Source: a virus
Taxonomy: Duplodnaviria; Caudoviricetes
Virus record (IMG/VR): IMGVR_UViG_3300016476_000510
Location: 1 to 29,103 of that record
DNA: 29,103 bases
Strand: one strand, 5' to 3'
The position numbers and the translations under genes are program-made. Under the pieces are notes generated by a model. That model was given only the letters and a program-made list of their open reading frames with translations, did not search any database and was not told where the DNA came from. Numbering within the stretch: the stretch's first letter is position 1; every line of letters begins with the position of its first letter. Shown here in pieces: positions 1 through 7,150 of the stretch.

Positions 1-116
1 CATTCCCTAACAATCAACTCGGCGAACTTTTCAACCACTTCTTTAGGAACATTCACTGGCTCATAATCACTGTGATAACAAGCCTTGGTAAAAAGTTTTA
101 GTATCGTTCTGTTCAT
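1..116 (-). CDS. Partial (runs off the window edge) copy A of the 'MNERI...KFAELIV...HFGVE' repeat family
   Basis: Hand translation MNRTILKLFTKACYHSDYEPVNVPKEVVEKFAELIVRE; bases 1-34 are identical to 380-413. Confidence 0.85.
   Translation of the reverse strand, partial: MNRTILKLFTKACYHSDYEPVNVPKEVVEKFAELIVRE
10..31. repeat. 22-bp anchor acaatcaactcggcgaactttt, identical at 10-31, 389-410, 23104-23125 and 23519-23540
   Basis: Direct comparison of the four sites. Confidence 0.95.
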
Positions 117-286
117 TTTGTTTCCTCTGCTTTTACTTCAACAATTTCTACAGCCCCAACACTCTTGTACTTCATTGCCATTTCAGCATAGTGATTAGCA
201 ACAAACAATGCTTCATTGTATTGAACCCCTGGGTCAGAATCAAGCACATCAATACGAATTTTTACAGTAATATCAAATTGGTTCAT
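113..286 (-). CDS. Hypothetical protein, 57 aa (MNQFDITVKIR...EETK)
   Basis: Below the ORF-track cutoff; ATGA overlaps at both ends; SD GGAG supplied by the end of the upstream gene. Confidence 0.75.
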   Translation of the reverse strand: MNQFDITVKIRIDVLDSDPGVQYNEALFVANHYAEMAMKYKSVGAVEIVEVKAEETK

Positions 287-519
287 TCTTCAACTCCGAA
301 ATGTTTCTTCAAATCATCAATAGGATGACCGCCATCAAAGTTTTCCATCCTAATGGCATACGGACTTACAATATCAATACATTCCCTAACAATCAACTCG
401 GCGAACTTTTCAATATCTTCTGTAATGGGCAAATGCTCAAGCCGTGAGGTGTAAATCTCACCATCTCGGTGTAATCCAAAGCCAGCCTGTTTAGCAAGTT
501 TTCTAATTCGTTCGTTCAT
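283..519 (-). CDS. Repeat-family protein, copy B
   Basis: MNERIRKLAKQA...EKFAELIVREC...KKHFGVEE; shares three DNA anchors with the copies at 23 kb. Confidence 0.9.
   Translation of the reverse strand: MNERIRKLAKQAGFGLHRDGEIYTSRLEHLPITEDIEKFAELIVRECIDIVSPYAIRMENFDGGHPIDDLKKHFGVEE
289..305. repeat. 17-bp anchor ttcaactccgaaatgtt, identical at 289-305, 22983-22999 and 23407-23423
   Basis: Direct comparison. Confidence 0.95.
504..519. repeat. 16-bp anchor taattcgttcgttcat, identical at 504-519, 23195-23210 and 23643-23658
   Basis: Direct comparison. Confidence 0.95.
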
Positions 520-520
520 C

Positions 521-1540
521 TTACGCTCCTAAAAAGTGTTGCAGGATTTCGTAGTGGTCTTCAAAACATTCTTCGCTTCGGACCTCTGCGATAGGAACCC
601 AACGTGCTTTTTCAGCATCATCACTACCTTTAACTTTAGGCAGTTCACCGTCAGGCAATTCAATGTGGAATGCGTGAGTAATTGTTCTACCACGAGCACT
701 TCGGTCAATAGCATCAAATACACGACTGCGCTTGATGCTACCACGCAACACAGGAGCAGGAACCTTGATGCCAGTTTCTTCGCGAAGTTCGCGGATAGCG
801 GCATCTTCTACACTACGGTCGGTGTTAGCGTTTACAAAGCCGCCTGGCAATGCCCACAAACCCTTACCAGGTTCACTGCGGCGCTTGATCATCAGTACGT
901 GGCCGCTTTGGATAACCACGGCATCAGCAGTGCTGAAGATTGGCGGGTAAGGCAGACTTTCGTATTGCTTTTTGTAGTTAGCAATGAACTCGCGTTCACG
1001 AACAATCTGTTGGAACTCTTCAGTACGGCGGAAGTTCATCAAGAAATCGTAGGTTGTTTCAGGCACCACGTTCTTGATAAAGTTGCTGTTGAAGCTGGTC
1101 TTGAAGTAGAGATCGCGAATGTCAGTAGCGCCCAGTGGTTCAATCTGCTCTACGTTGATGTACTCCCATTGCGGGAACATATCCAGGTAGAAACTAGAAT
1201 CGTCCTTCTTGTGACCAATAATAGCATCCTTGGTGCCAAGGCAACGATACTTGCTGTGGATGCCTTGGACGCGAACTGCCCATGCTTGATCATTATAGAT
1301 AGTGTCAATGTTAGGTTCAACATAGACACGCATACTGAGACCGGCAGTAGCAGCCAGAATCATTTGACGGCGTTCGTCGAATGTAAATGGGTTCTTGTAA
1401 GTGCGTGGTTGATGTGCAGATCCTGCAATAACCACAAGTTGGTCTGTTAGTGCGGTGCAACGCTTGATGATTTCCAAGTGTGCATTGTGCAAGGGCTGAA
1501 AGCGACCGATCAGCAGAATGGTTCCATATGGTTTTGACAT
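521..1540 (-). CDS. nadM: Bifunctional NMN adenylyltransferase / Nudix ADP-ribose pyrophosphatase (NadM-Nudix)
   Basis: N-terminal GRFQPLHNAH nucleotidyltransferase motif and KNPF; Nudix box GG...AAIRELREETG and GSDDA; start moved to MSKPY (1540). Confidence 0.92.
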   Translation of the reverse strand: MSKPYGTILLIGRFQPLHNAHLEIIKRCTALTDQLVVIAGSAHQPRTYKNPFTFDERRQMILAATAGLSMRVYVEPNIDTIYNDQAWAVRVQGIHSKYRCLGTKDAIIGHKKDDSSFYLDMFPQWEYINVEQIEPLGATDIRDLYFKTSFNSNFIKNVVPETTYDFLMNFRRTEEFQQIVREREFIANYKKQYESLPYPPIFSTADAVVIQSGHVLMIKRRSEPGKGLWALPGGFVNANTDRSVEDAAIRELREETGIKVPAPVLRGSIKRSRVFDAIDRSARGRTITHAFHIELPDGELPKVKGSDDAEKARWVPIAEVRSEECFEDHYEILQHFLGA

Positions 1541-1541
1541 T

Positions 1542-1868
1542 TTAGTGACCCCTAATAACTTTGAACATGGCCAGGGCAGATTCAACTCGAATGCCCTCTT
1601 CTTTGCAACTATGCATCAGTTTGCGAGCACGACCAAGGTACTCGCCGTGTGCGTGGCCTGTCCAGTCGTCTTTTTTGTTCTTAAACTCGTAGTACCAACC
1701 ACAACCATCAGTGTGGTTCCAGGTACAGAGCATACCGTGTAGCTCTTTGGCGAGCTGTTCTTCTGGGGATTCCATTTTGGCTGTTTCAAGCTCTTTCTCG
1801 AGCTTGGCCAAATCAGCTTTATGCTGTTTGATTTTTTCTTCGATGCCGAAGATTGTTAAGTCTGACAT
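1542..1868 (-). CDS. Hypothetical protein with N-terminal coiled coil and a His/Cys motif (HGMLCTWNHTDGC)
   Basis: ORF with SD AAGGA; abuts nadM. Confidence 0.8.
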   Translation of the reverse strand: MSDLTIFGIEEKIKQHKADLAKLEKELETAKMESPEEQLAKELHGMLCTWNHTDGCGWYYEFKNKKDDWTGHAHGEYLGRARKLMHSCKEEGIRVESALAMFKVIRGH

Positions 1869-1915
1869 ACAAAAATCCTTTGTACGATTGTCTGTGTTGC
1901 GTCTATCGCTTCACA
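1868..1915 (-). promoter_or_regulatory. Structured 5' leader: UGUG-AA-GCG-AUAGA-CGC-AA-CACA hairpin plus an SD-sequestering hairpin UACAAAG-GAU-UUUUGUA
   Basis: Inverted repeats at 1893-1915 and 1868-1884; the second covers AAGGA and the A of the AUG. Confidence 0.6.
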
Positions 1916-1931
1916 TGTTTATTTAGTCTCT

Positions 1932-1960
1932 AGTATAGCAAATTCAGGATTATTTGTCAA
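1932..1960 (-). promoter_or_regulatory. Sigma70-type promoter TTGACA-17-TATACT
   Basis: Consensus hexamers and spacing; TG extended -10. Confidence 0.8.
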
Positions 1961-2094
1961 CTATTTGAATTCAGGAATGCCAAAATTTGTAATACTAAAT
2001 CAGTATCCATATTACATTTTCTGGAAATATCTGCCGCAGACCAGTTGCGCTCAACCATTTCTTTGACTTGCATTACTTGCATTTTACTGAACAT
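1957..2094 (-). CDS. Small protein, 45 aa, possibly helix-turn-helix (WSAADISRKCNMD)
   Basis: Hand translation; SD AAAGGA; the HTH call is weak. Confidence 0.65.
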   Translation of the reverse strand: MFSKMQVMQVKEMVERNWSAADISRKCNMDTDLVLQILAFLNSNS

Positions 2095-2143
2095 GATCGT
2101 TCCTTTCGCTATACTAATATAACGTCTTGAACGATCATTCCGT

Positions 2144-2389
2144 TTACAAGAAGTCCGAAATCAATTCAGTCATATACTTCAATTTTAAGAAAACTTCTTC
2201 CTCTTCCGTAGCTGGATGGAAAATGATTCTATCAGAAGCCTGAATTATCCTTGCACCAGTGGCGGCATCACACCAACCACTATCATAAGGAGCAAGAAGA
2301 TCTGTTTTGAACACGAACTCGATGTCAGTACTGTTAAGAAAGTCTACATCCGCCGGAGTCAGACTTCTATTGAGCAAGTATGAATTCAT
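2144..2389 (-). CDS. Hypothetical protein
   Basis: Start moved to MNSYLL, whose ATG overlaps the upstream TGA. Confidence 0.7.
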   Translation of the reverse strand: MNSYLLNRSLTPADVDFLNSTDIEFVFKTDLLAPYDSGWCDAATGARIIQASDRIIFHPATEEEEVFLKLKYMTELISDFL

Positions 2390-3246
2390 GCGTAAATTTT
2401 CAAACTGGTTCCACACTTGGTGCAAAAATTTGCAGTTGCTTTGTTGGTGTGACCGCAAGTATCGCACTTTTGTTTTGCCTTAACAGTGACTGGTTTTTCA
2501 ACAGGCATATTGTTGGCGGTTTGACCAAGGATGCGAATAACCATGTTGTGCTTTTCAGCTTCCAGGGTGCCCATGTGTACTGTTTGGAACTTTTGTTCAC
2601 TCTTGCTGCCTGGAACAGTGATACCAACATCGTTGATATAACTATCCATGGTTGCCAAACCTTCATGGTACTCGCATTGGGCAACAATGCCATTATCAGC
2701 ACAATATTGGTTGATAGCTGTTGTGGCCATGGCCTTAACCTGTTCGCCCTTGCTGATATCAACGCTACGCAAAACGCCACCAACATTGTAGCTATTGGTG
2801 GATACCGTTCCCATGGGCACTGCCCAATCTCCGGTGCCGTTGCCATATCGCTTGTTCCAAAAATCATTGTTATTGATATACATTGGAGGACGATAAGGCA
2901 TTTCAAACTGGTGCTCAATGCGGATTAGGCCATCTTCCAGCTTGACACCTCGGTGGTCTTCCACTGCACCAGTGCGTTCAATGAACTTGAAGCGATTGCC
3001 TTCGTTGAGGTTGCCGTTCTTGATTGAACGTTCCAGGTCCACTTCTTGACCTGCGTTTAGAACGAGTCCACCAGGCACGACATTGTCGCCATCAATAAAG
3101 ATATTGATGACTGCTCGTTGTGTGTGGAGGTTCTTGATTAGAATTGTGTATTCGCTACCGAATGGTACATACACTGTGTCCTTGAATTCGCGTAGGACTT
3201 TGCCGTTTACTTTGATCGCGGCGGCGATTTTATTACCATACATCAT
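2386..3246 (-). CDS. Hypothetical protein with C-terminal zinc ribbon (CDTC...CTKC)
   Basis: Start MMYGNK after SD AAGGAG; two CxxC pairs at the C-terminus. Confidence 0.85.
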   Translation of the reverse strand: MMYGNKIAAAIKVNGKVLREFKDTVYVPFGSEYTILIKNLHTQRAVINIFIDGDNVVPGGLVLNAGQEVDLERSIKNGNLNEGNRFKFIERTGAVEDHRGVKLEDGLIRIEHQFEMPYRPPMYINNNDFWNKRYGNGTGDWAVPMGTVSTNSYNVGGVLRSVDISKGEQVKAMATTAINQYCADNGIVAQCEYHEGLATMDSYINDVGITVPGSKSEQKFQTVHMGTLEAEKHNMVIRILGQTANNMPVEKPVTVKAKQKCDTCGHTNKATANFCTKCGTSLKIYA

Positions 3247-3340
3247 GGTTTCTCCTTTTACTGTGTACAGACTAAACACATAAATTCTTAAAGTCTGTTG
3301 GCTGTAGCACCTGCTACATTTCTATTTAGTGATTGTATAA

Positions 3341-3368
3341 TAAAAATAAAGGGGCGTCAAGCCCCTTT
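3341..3368 (-). terminator. Rho-independent terminator after ahpD
   Basis: AAAGGGGC-TTGAC-GCCCCTTT followed by ATTTTTA. Confidence 0.85.
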
Positions 3369-3374
3369 GTGTGT

Positions 3375-3893
3375 TTAGTTTGCCAAAACTTTTGATACGC
3401 TGTTCATTACTGCGGCAATACGACCAATGTCGCGAAGTTGTTCTACGGTGTAGCCTGCCTTCTTGAGTGTTTCGTAATGTGCCTTAACGCAGAAATGGCA
3501 CTTGCCCACAATACTTGCTGCCAGGCTGTATGCTTCAAAACGCTCCTTGGTTGTGCCACCACTAGAAGCAATCGCATTCATACGTAGCTGTGCAGGCAGA
3601 CCCTTAAGGTTTTCGTCATCTGCCATTTCAACGAATGGATACCAAACGTTGTTCTGTGCCATCAGGCTTGCTGCTGTTAGTGCGGCATCTGCTTCCACAC
3701 GATTAGCCAATTGACTGTGTACCCAGGTCCATAGCTTGCTATTACCCGTTGCAAATGCCGCTGCCAATGCCACAGCTTCTGCTTCTTCGACCGGCAAACT
3801 AGAACGCTTGATAACTGCGTCAATGTTTAGCTTTGTATCTTTTGCGTAATCAGGAATACTCTGTTCTTTAAGTGCATCTACCCATGCTGTCAT
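3375..3893 (-). CDS. ahpD: Alkylhydroperoxidase AhpD (carboxymuconolactone decarboxylase family)
   Basis: IPDYAKDTKLN, AASLMAQNNVWY and the CHFCVKAH active-site motif. Confidence 0.9.
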   Translation of the reverse strand: MTAWVDALKEQSIPDYAKDTKLNIDAVIKRSSLPVEEAEAVALAAAFATGNSKLWTWVHSQLANRVEADAALTAASLMAQNNVWYPFVEMADDENLKGLPAQLRMNAIASSGGTTKERFEAYSLAASIVGKCHFCVKAHYETLKKAGYTVEQLRDIGRIAAVMNSVSKVLAN

Positions 3894-4060
3894 TATTCTT
3901 CCCTCGCTTTTTCATCAAAAATCTTTTCTCTGTACTTGGCTAGTTCTAGTTGGAATTGTTCTTCACTTAAACCATGCCAGCCAATACAGTCGCCAGTTGG
4001 GCTCCTGCCACAACCACATGTACCAATCTTCTTACCTTCTTCTGCTACTCTTACTTGCAT
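3893..4060 (-). CDS. CDGSH-like iron-sulfur/zinc-finger protein
   Basis: CGCGRSPTGDCIGWH resembles C-x-C-x2-S...C-D-G-S-H; start at TAATG overlap (MQVRV). Confidence 0.65.
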   Translation of the reverse strand: MQVRVAEEGKKIGTCGCGRSPTGDCIGWHGLSEEQFQLELAKYREKIFDEKAREE

Positions 4061-4128
4061 TATTTCGCCCCCTTGCATGCAGGGCAATGCCACTGCTTTA
4101 AATAATCAAATTGTTCTCTAAAGTTCAT
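4060..4128 (-). CDS. 22-aa peptide with CxxC (MNFREQFDYLKQWHCPACKGAK)
   Basis: Fills the gap exactly; its stop overlaps the next ATG. Confidence 0.5.
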   Translation of the reverse strand: MNFREQFDYLKQWHCPACKGAK

Positions 4129-4129
4129 A

Positions 4130-4258
4130 TTACCCCCAAAAAATTTTGTACAAGATCACACATTGTAGTGTGATAATAATGACTGGTGCAATACTTCGCA
4201 ATAACTCTAGTCGATAGTGATACTGTCTAATTTTCTTTTCAAGTTCTTTACCAGTCAT
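4130..4258 (-). CDS. Small membrane protein, 42 aa
   Basis: Hand translation MTGKELEKK...IAPVIIITLQCVILYKIFWG; ATGA overlap. Confidence 0.7.
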   Translation of the reverse strand: MTGKELEKKIRQYHYRLELLRSIAPVIIITLQCVILYKIFWG

Positions 4259-4674
4259 TTTGCCTTCTCCGCTAACTCTTTATATCCCGCCCAACTAGGA
4301 TGGATACCATCCTTCTGCAATCTAGTGATTGGAAGCACGATGTCTCCGTTCCTAGCGGCAATTTCTCTGACTATGTGTTGTATAGCTTCTATATCAACAC
4401 CGCCCGCTTTTAGGTTTCCTGCGGGCAATATCCAAAACACCCTAGATGCCTTTACCTTAGATCGCATCGCTTCTAGTTCTTTTTGTGTCTTAACACCTTT
4501 GTGGTCATTGCTTCCAAGACTAATGATCACTGTATTTGCACTGACATCATGTTGTCCGTACTGCTTGTTCCACTGCCAGCTATTAATGCCACCCTTTGCG
4601 TATGACACACATTCAGGTCTTTGCTGATGTGTACCAACTGCGATGCTATCACCAAGGATAAGACAATCAATCAT
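4255..4674 (-). CDS. SGNH/GDSL hydrolase
   Basis: GDSI, LGSND and DGIHP blocks. Confidence 0.85.
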   Translation of the reverse strand: MIDCLILGDSIAVGTHQQRPECVSYAKGGINSWQWNKQYGQHDVSANTVIISLGSNDHKGVKTQKELEAMRSKVKASRVFWILPAGNLKAGGVDIEAIQHIVREIAARNGDIVLPITRLQKDGIHPSWAGYKELAEKAK

Positions 4675-5002
4675 TTTTACCCCTCGAGTATTGTTCTAGC
4701 CATTTAAGATCCAATACAAGTGGGCGGCCGATCCATCTTGCGCCTTCGGTGTGATCACGCACATCATCTCCCGTGTCCTCATGTAGCAAGATATGAAGTT
4801 TAGCCTTGTACAGTAAGTTTTCAACTTCTTCTGCAATATTGCTATTGTAGTTTACTTGATACATCGCATGAGGATGAGGACCTATTGCATCTTCATGTAT
4901 CGAACCTACTTTAGAGCCCATCTCTCGAAGAGGCTCTCGTAGGCTCAATGCTTCACGCCTCTGATCTTCATTCTGCCAGTAGATGTGTGCGTGATATCTC
5001 AT
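4667..5002 (-). CDS. DOPA 4,5-dioxygenase family protein
   Basis: YHAHIY, GPHP, LLH...RDHT...WIG; start at TAATG overlap. Confidence 0.8.
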   Translation of the reverse strand: MRYHAHIYWQNEDQRREALSLREPLREMGSKVGSIHEDAIGPHPHAMYQVNYNSNIAEEVENLLYKAKLHILLHEDTGDDVRDHTEGARWIGRPLVLDLKWLEQYSRGKND

Positions 5003-5547
5003 TACAGAGTCTCGCCACCGATTGGACGGCTGCATGGGCATAGTTCGCCAGTTTGCAGTGCGTCTAGAACACGCAATGTTTCGTCTGGGTTACGACCAAC
5101 GTCCAAGTTGTTTACTGTAACGTGCTGGATAACGTTATCAGGATCAACGATGAATGTGGCACGTAGAGCAGCACCTGCTGGACCATAGAAGATACCTAGT
5201 TGTTCTGCAAGGCTGCTCTCGTCGCGAGCAACGTCAGCAAAGCTCCAGCTGGTTGTCTTCTTTAGATCTTCGTGTGCGTTACGCCATGCCAGTTTGCAAA
5301 ACTCGTTGTCTGTGCTGCCAATTAGCAGAACTGCATCACGATCTTCGAAGTCTTGACGTAGCTTGTCATAGGCTACGATTTCAGTTGGGCACACAAAGGT
5401 AAAGTCCTTTGGGTAGTAAACAATGATCTTCCACTTACCTTCAAAGCTCTTGTCTGTGATGGTTTCGAAAGCGCCTTCTGGTGTCAGTGCGCCTGGCTTT
5501 ACCCCGGTAACTGCAAAACTTGTGATTTTATCGCCGATTGTTTTCAT
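5002..5547 (-). CDS. ahpC: Peroxiredoxin AhpC
   Basis: YPKDFTFVCPTE, ALRATFIVDP, GRN and C-terminal LCPC; start MKTIG after SD AAGGA. Confidence 0.95.
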   Translation of the reverse strand: MKTIGDKITSFAVTGVKPGALTPEGAFETITDKSFEGKWKIIVYYPKDFTFVCPTEIVAYDKLRQDFEDRDAVLLIGSTDNEFCKLAWRNAHEDLKKTTSWSFADVARDESSLAEQLGIFYGPAGAALRATFIVDPDNVIQHVTVNNLDVGRNPDETLRVLDALQTGELCPCSRPIGGETL

Positions 5548-5572
5548 TTTGTTTCCTTTTAAGTTAATGAAA

Positions 5573-6064
5573 TTATAACCATTCATTTTTGAATGGTATC
5601 ATGTTAAATGTATCTTTTGATTTACATTTATTGTGATTCCTACCAAGGAATGCATCTTCCGTCATCTTCGCGCCGCAAATAGAACATTGAAACCATTTAG
5701 ATTTCCTGCTATATTCCAATAGTTCTTCGTCGCTTGCAAACGACATTGGTTTTGATCTTAATATTTTATTACCCGAACTATCCACAGGATATTCACCACC
5801 ACCGCGCTCGAGTCTACAGTTTGCCCAGTCTTTAGAACTTACAATATCAAACTCTATAGATTTTTCAATACAAGTTTTTGAAAAATCTTCGATGTTGTCG
5901 GACTCATATAAGAGATCAGTGGACCATGTTCTACCATGTTCCTCTAGATGCTTTTTCCATTGTTTACCTGAACCCGTATACCTATGATAATCTGACCTGG
6001 TAGTAACACACAGATATTTTAATCCTGTCACCATATGGGTCTTGATCATCAACTTGTATTTCAT
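5573..6064 (-). CDS. Putative GIY-YIG-like (homing) endonuclease with C-terminal Cys/His finger
   Basis: TGLKYLC...YTGSGKQWKKHL pattern typical of phage Seg-like proteins; CSIC...HNKC. Confidence 0.55.
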   Translation of the reverse strand: MKYKLMIKTHMVTGLKYLCVTTRSDYHRYTGSGKQWKKHLEEHGRTWSTDLLYESDNIEDFSKTCIEKSIEFDIVSSKDWANCRLERGGGEYPVDSSGNKILRSKPMSFASDEELLEYSRKSKWFQCSICGAKMTEDAFLGRNHNKCKSKDTFNMIPFKNEWL

Positions 6065-6414
6065 CTCTGCGCTCTGCAATTTGGGCAAATTAGTGCTAAA
6101 TTTGTTTCCTCATTATTATGAGTATTGTGGTCCCAATGACCTACGACTAGTGGTATATCCTCGCCTTGCCATTCAGTACCCCCGCAAATTTCACATTTGT
6201 GACCTCTTATGCCTATCAGGTATTTTTTCACATACTCGGGGACCTGGCGCCAAGCCGTTTTTGTTTCGTTTTGTTTCCACTCGTTTACTAAATTCCTACT
6301 ACGGTGTTCGGCCTGGCACTTATTATTGCAATATTTTGCCAATATCCCGCCGGACTTAACTGGATTTTGTCTACCGCAATTCAAACATGTAAAACAATAA
6401 TTACCCGAATTCAT
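6061..6414 (-). CDS. HNH-like endonuclease with zinc knuckles
   Basis: CEICG...VVGHWDHNTHNN...NLALICPNCR; the usual final His is Arg. Confidence 0.75.
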   Translation of the reverse strand: MNSGNYCFTCLNCGRQNPVKSGGILAKYCNNKCQAEHRSRNLVNEWKQNETKTAWRQVPEYVKKYLIGIRGHKCEICGGTEWQGEDIPLVVGHWDHNTHNNEETNLALICPNCRAQR

Positions 6415-6513
6415 AATACCTTCTTGCAAAGCACTTTATATTACTTAGTGGTTTCAAGTCACAATTATATACGCACTTAATTAGAAATCAAGTGATTTTG
6501 GTAAAATTAGTTC

Positions 6514-6540
6514 AAAGAAAATGCCGGTATCTTTCCCGGC
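6514..6540 (-). terminator. Terminator-like hairpin GCCGG-GAAAGATA-CCGGC-ATTTTCTTT
   Basis: 5-bp GC stem and U-rich tail. Confidence 0.65.
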
Positions 6541-6542
6541 TG

Positions 6543-6625
6543 TCATCTACTGTAGATTTGGTACTCTTGCCTGCCCCAGGATTTAGCTAGCTTACCTGGT
6601 GACTCATACTGGATTCAGTAGATAA
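6543..6625 (-). ncRNA. Candidate structured non-coding RNA
   Basis: 10-bp closing helix (6616-6625 with 6543-6552) enclosing CCAGG/CCUGG; no convincing ORF. Confidence 0.35.
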
Positions 6626-6636
6626 TCCGCTGCTCT

Positions 6637-6765
6637 TTACATCAAGGCGTAATCTTCTTTGCCAACGCCACACTCGGGGCAGACAAAGTCGTCAGGGAGA
6701 TCTTCCCACTTACCTTCGATTTCTTCATTGTGGACATGTCCACATACCATGCAAATGTGATCCAT
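6637..6765 (-). CDS. Rubredoxin
   Basis: CMVCG...WEDLPDDFVCPECGVGKEDY. Confidence 0.9.
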   Translation of the reverse strand: MDHICMVCGHVHNEEIEGKWEDLPDDFVCPECGVGKEDYALM

Positions 6766-6766
6766 A

Positions 6767-7126
6767 TTACATTGACTTGTAAAGACTTGCACTCGCAGTG
6801 AATGCATTTTTCCAAGCCCATTCATCTAGAACAAGCTGGTTGAAAACGTCTTGCTCAACTTCAATGACTTCTTCAACACTGAGCTCGAGCATCCTGATTG
6901 CCCGATCATATTCCTTTTCATAACTGGTGGGCGCAGAAGGCATTGCTTTGATTTTGGCGATCTTGCTTAGTTCGCCTGTGTTAGCAAGTGCCACATGCTC
7001 TGCGGCTAACTTGATTGCCGCAGCCTTGTAATCCACCACGCTCTCGTTATATTCTGTGATATGCTTTTCCCGGTTCTGCCTAACAATACCCAGCAGTTCC
7101 AGGCGATTAACCTTTACACTATGCAT
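6767..7126 (-). CDS. Hypothetical protein
   Basis: Start MHSVKV after SD AGGAG. Confidence 0.85.
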   Translation of the reverse strand: MHSVKVNRLELLGIVRQNREKHITEYNESVVDYKAAAIKLAAEHVALANTGELSKIAKIKAMPSAPTSYEKEYDRAIRMLELSVEEVIEVEQDVFNQLVLDEWAWKNAFTASASLYKSM

Positions 7127-7150
7127 GACGTTTCTCCTAATGTTTTGCAT

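Noticed and set aside
1-519. CRISPR array or diversity-generating retroelement as the source of the repeats
   Set aside because: Three different alternating anchors, all in coding frame, with irregular spacing; no cas or reverse transcriptase gene; variation is not adenine-specific.
536-1450. Long + strand ORFs (536-1450, 2380-2928, 10110-10688, 18294-18773 and others)
   Set aside because: They lie antisense to well-supported minus-strand genes and show no motifs; typical shadow ORFs.
6513-6608. TAG read-through mini-ORF (MSHQVS*LNPG...)
   Set aside because: No SD, no recognisable product, and the region is better explained as RNA structure.
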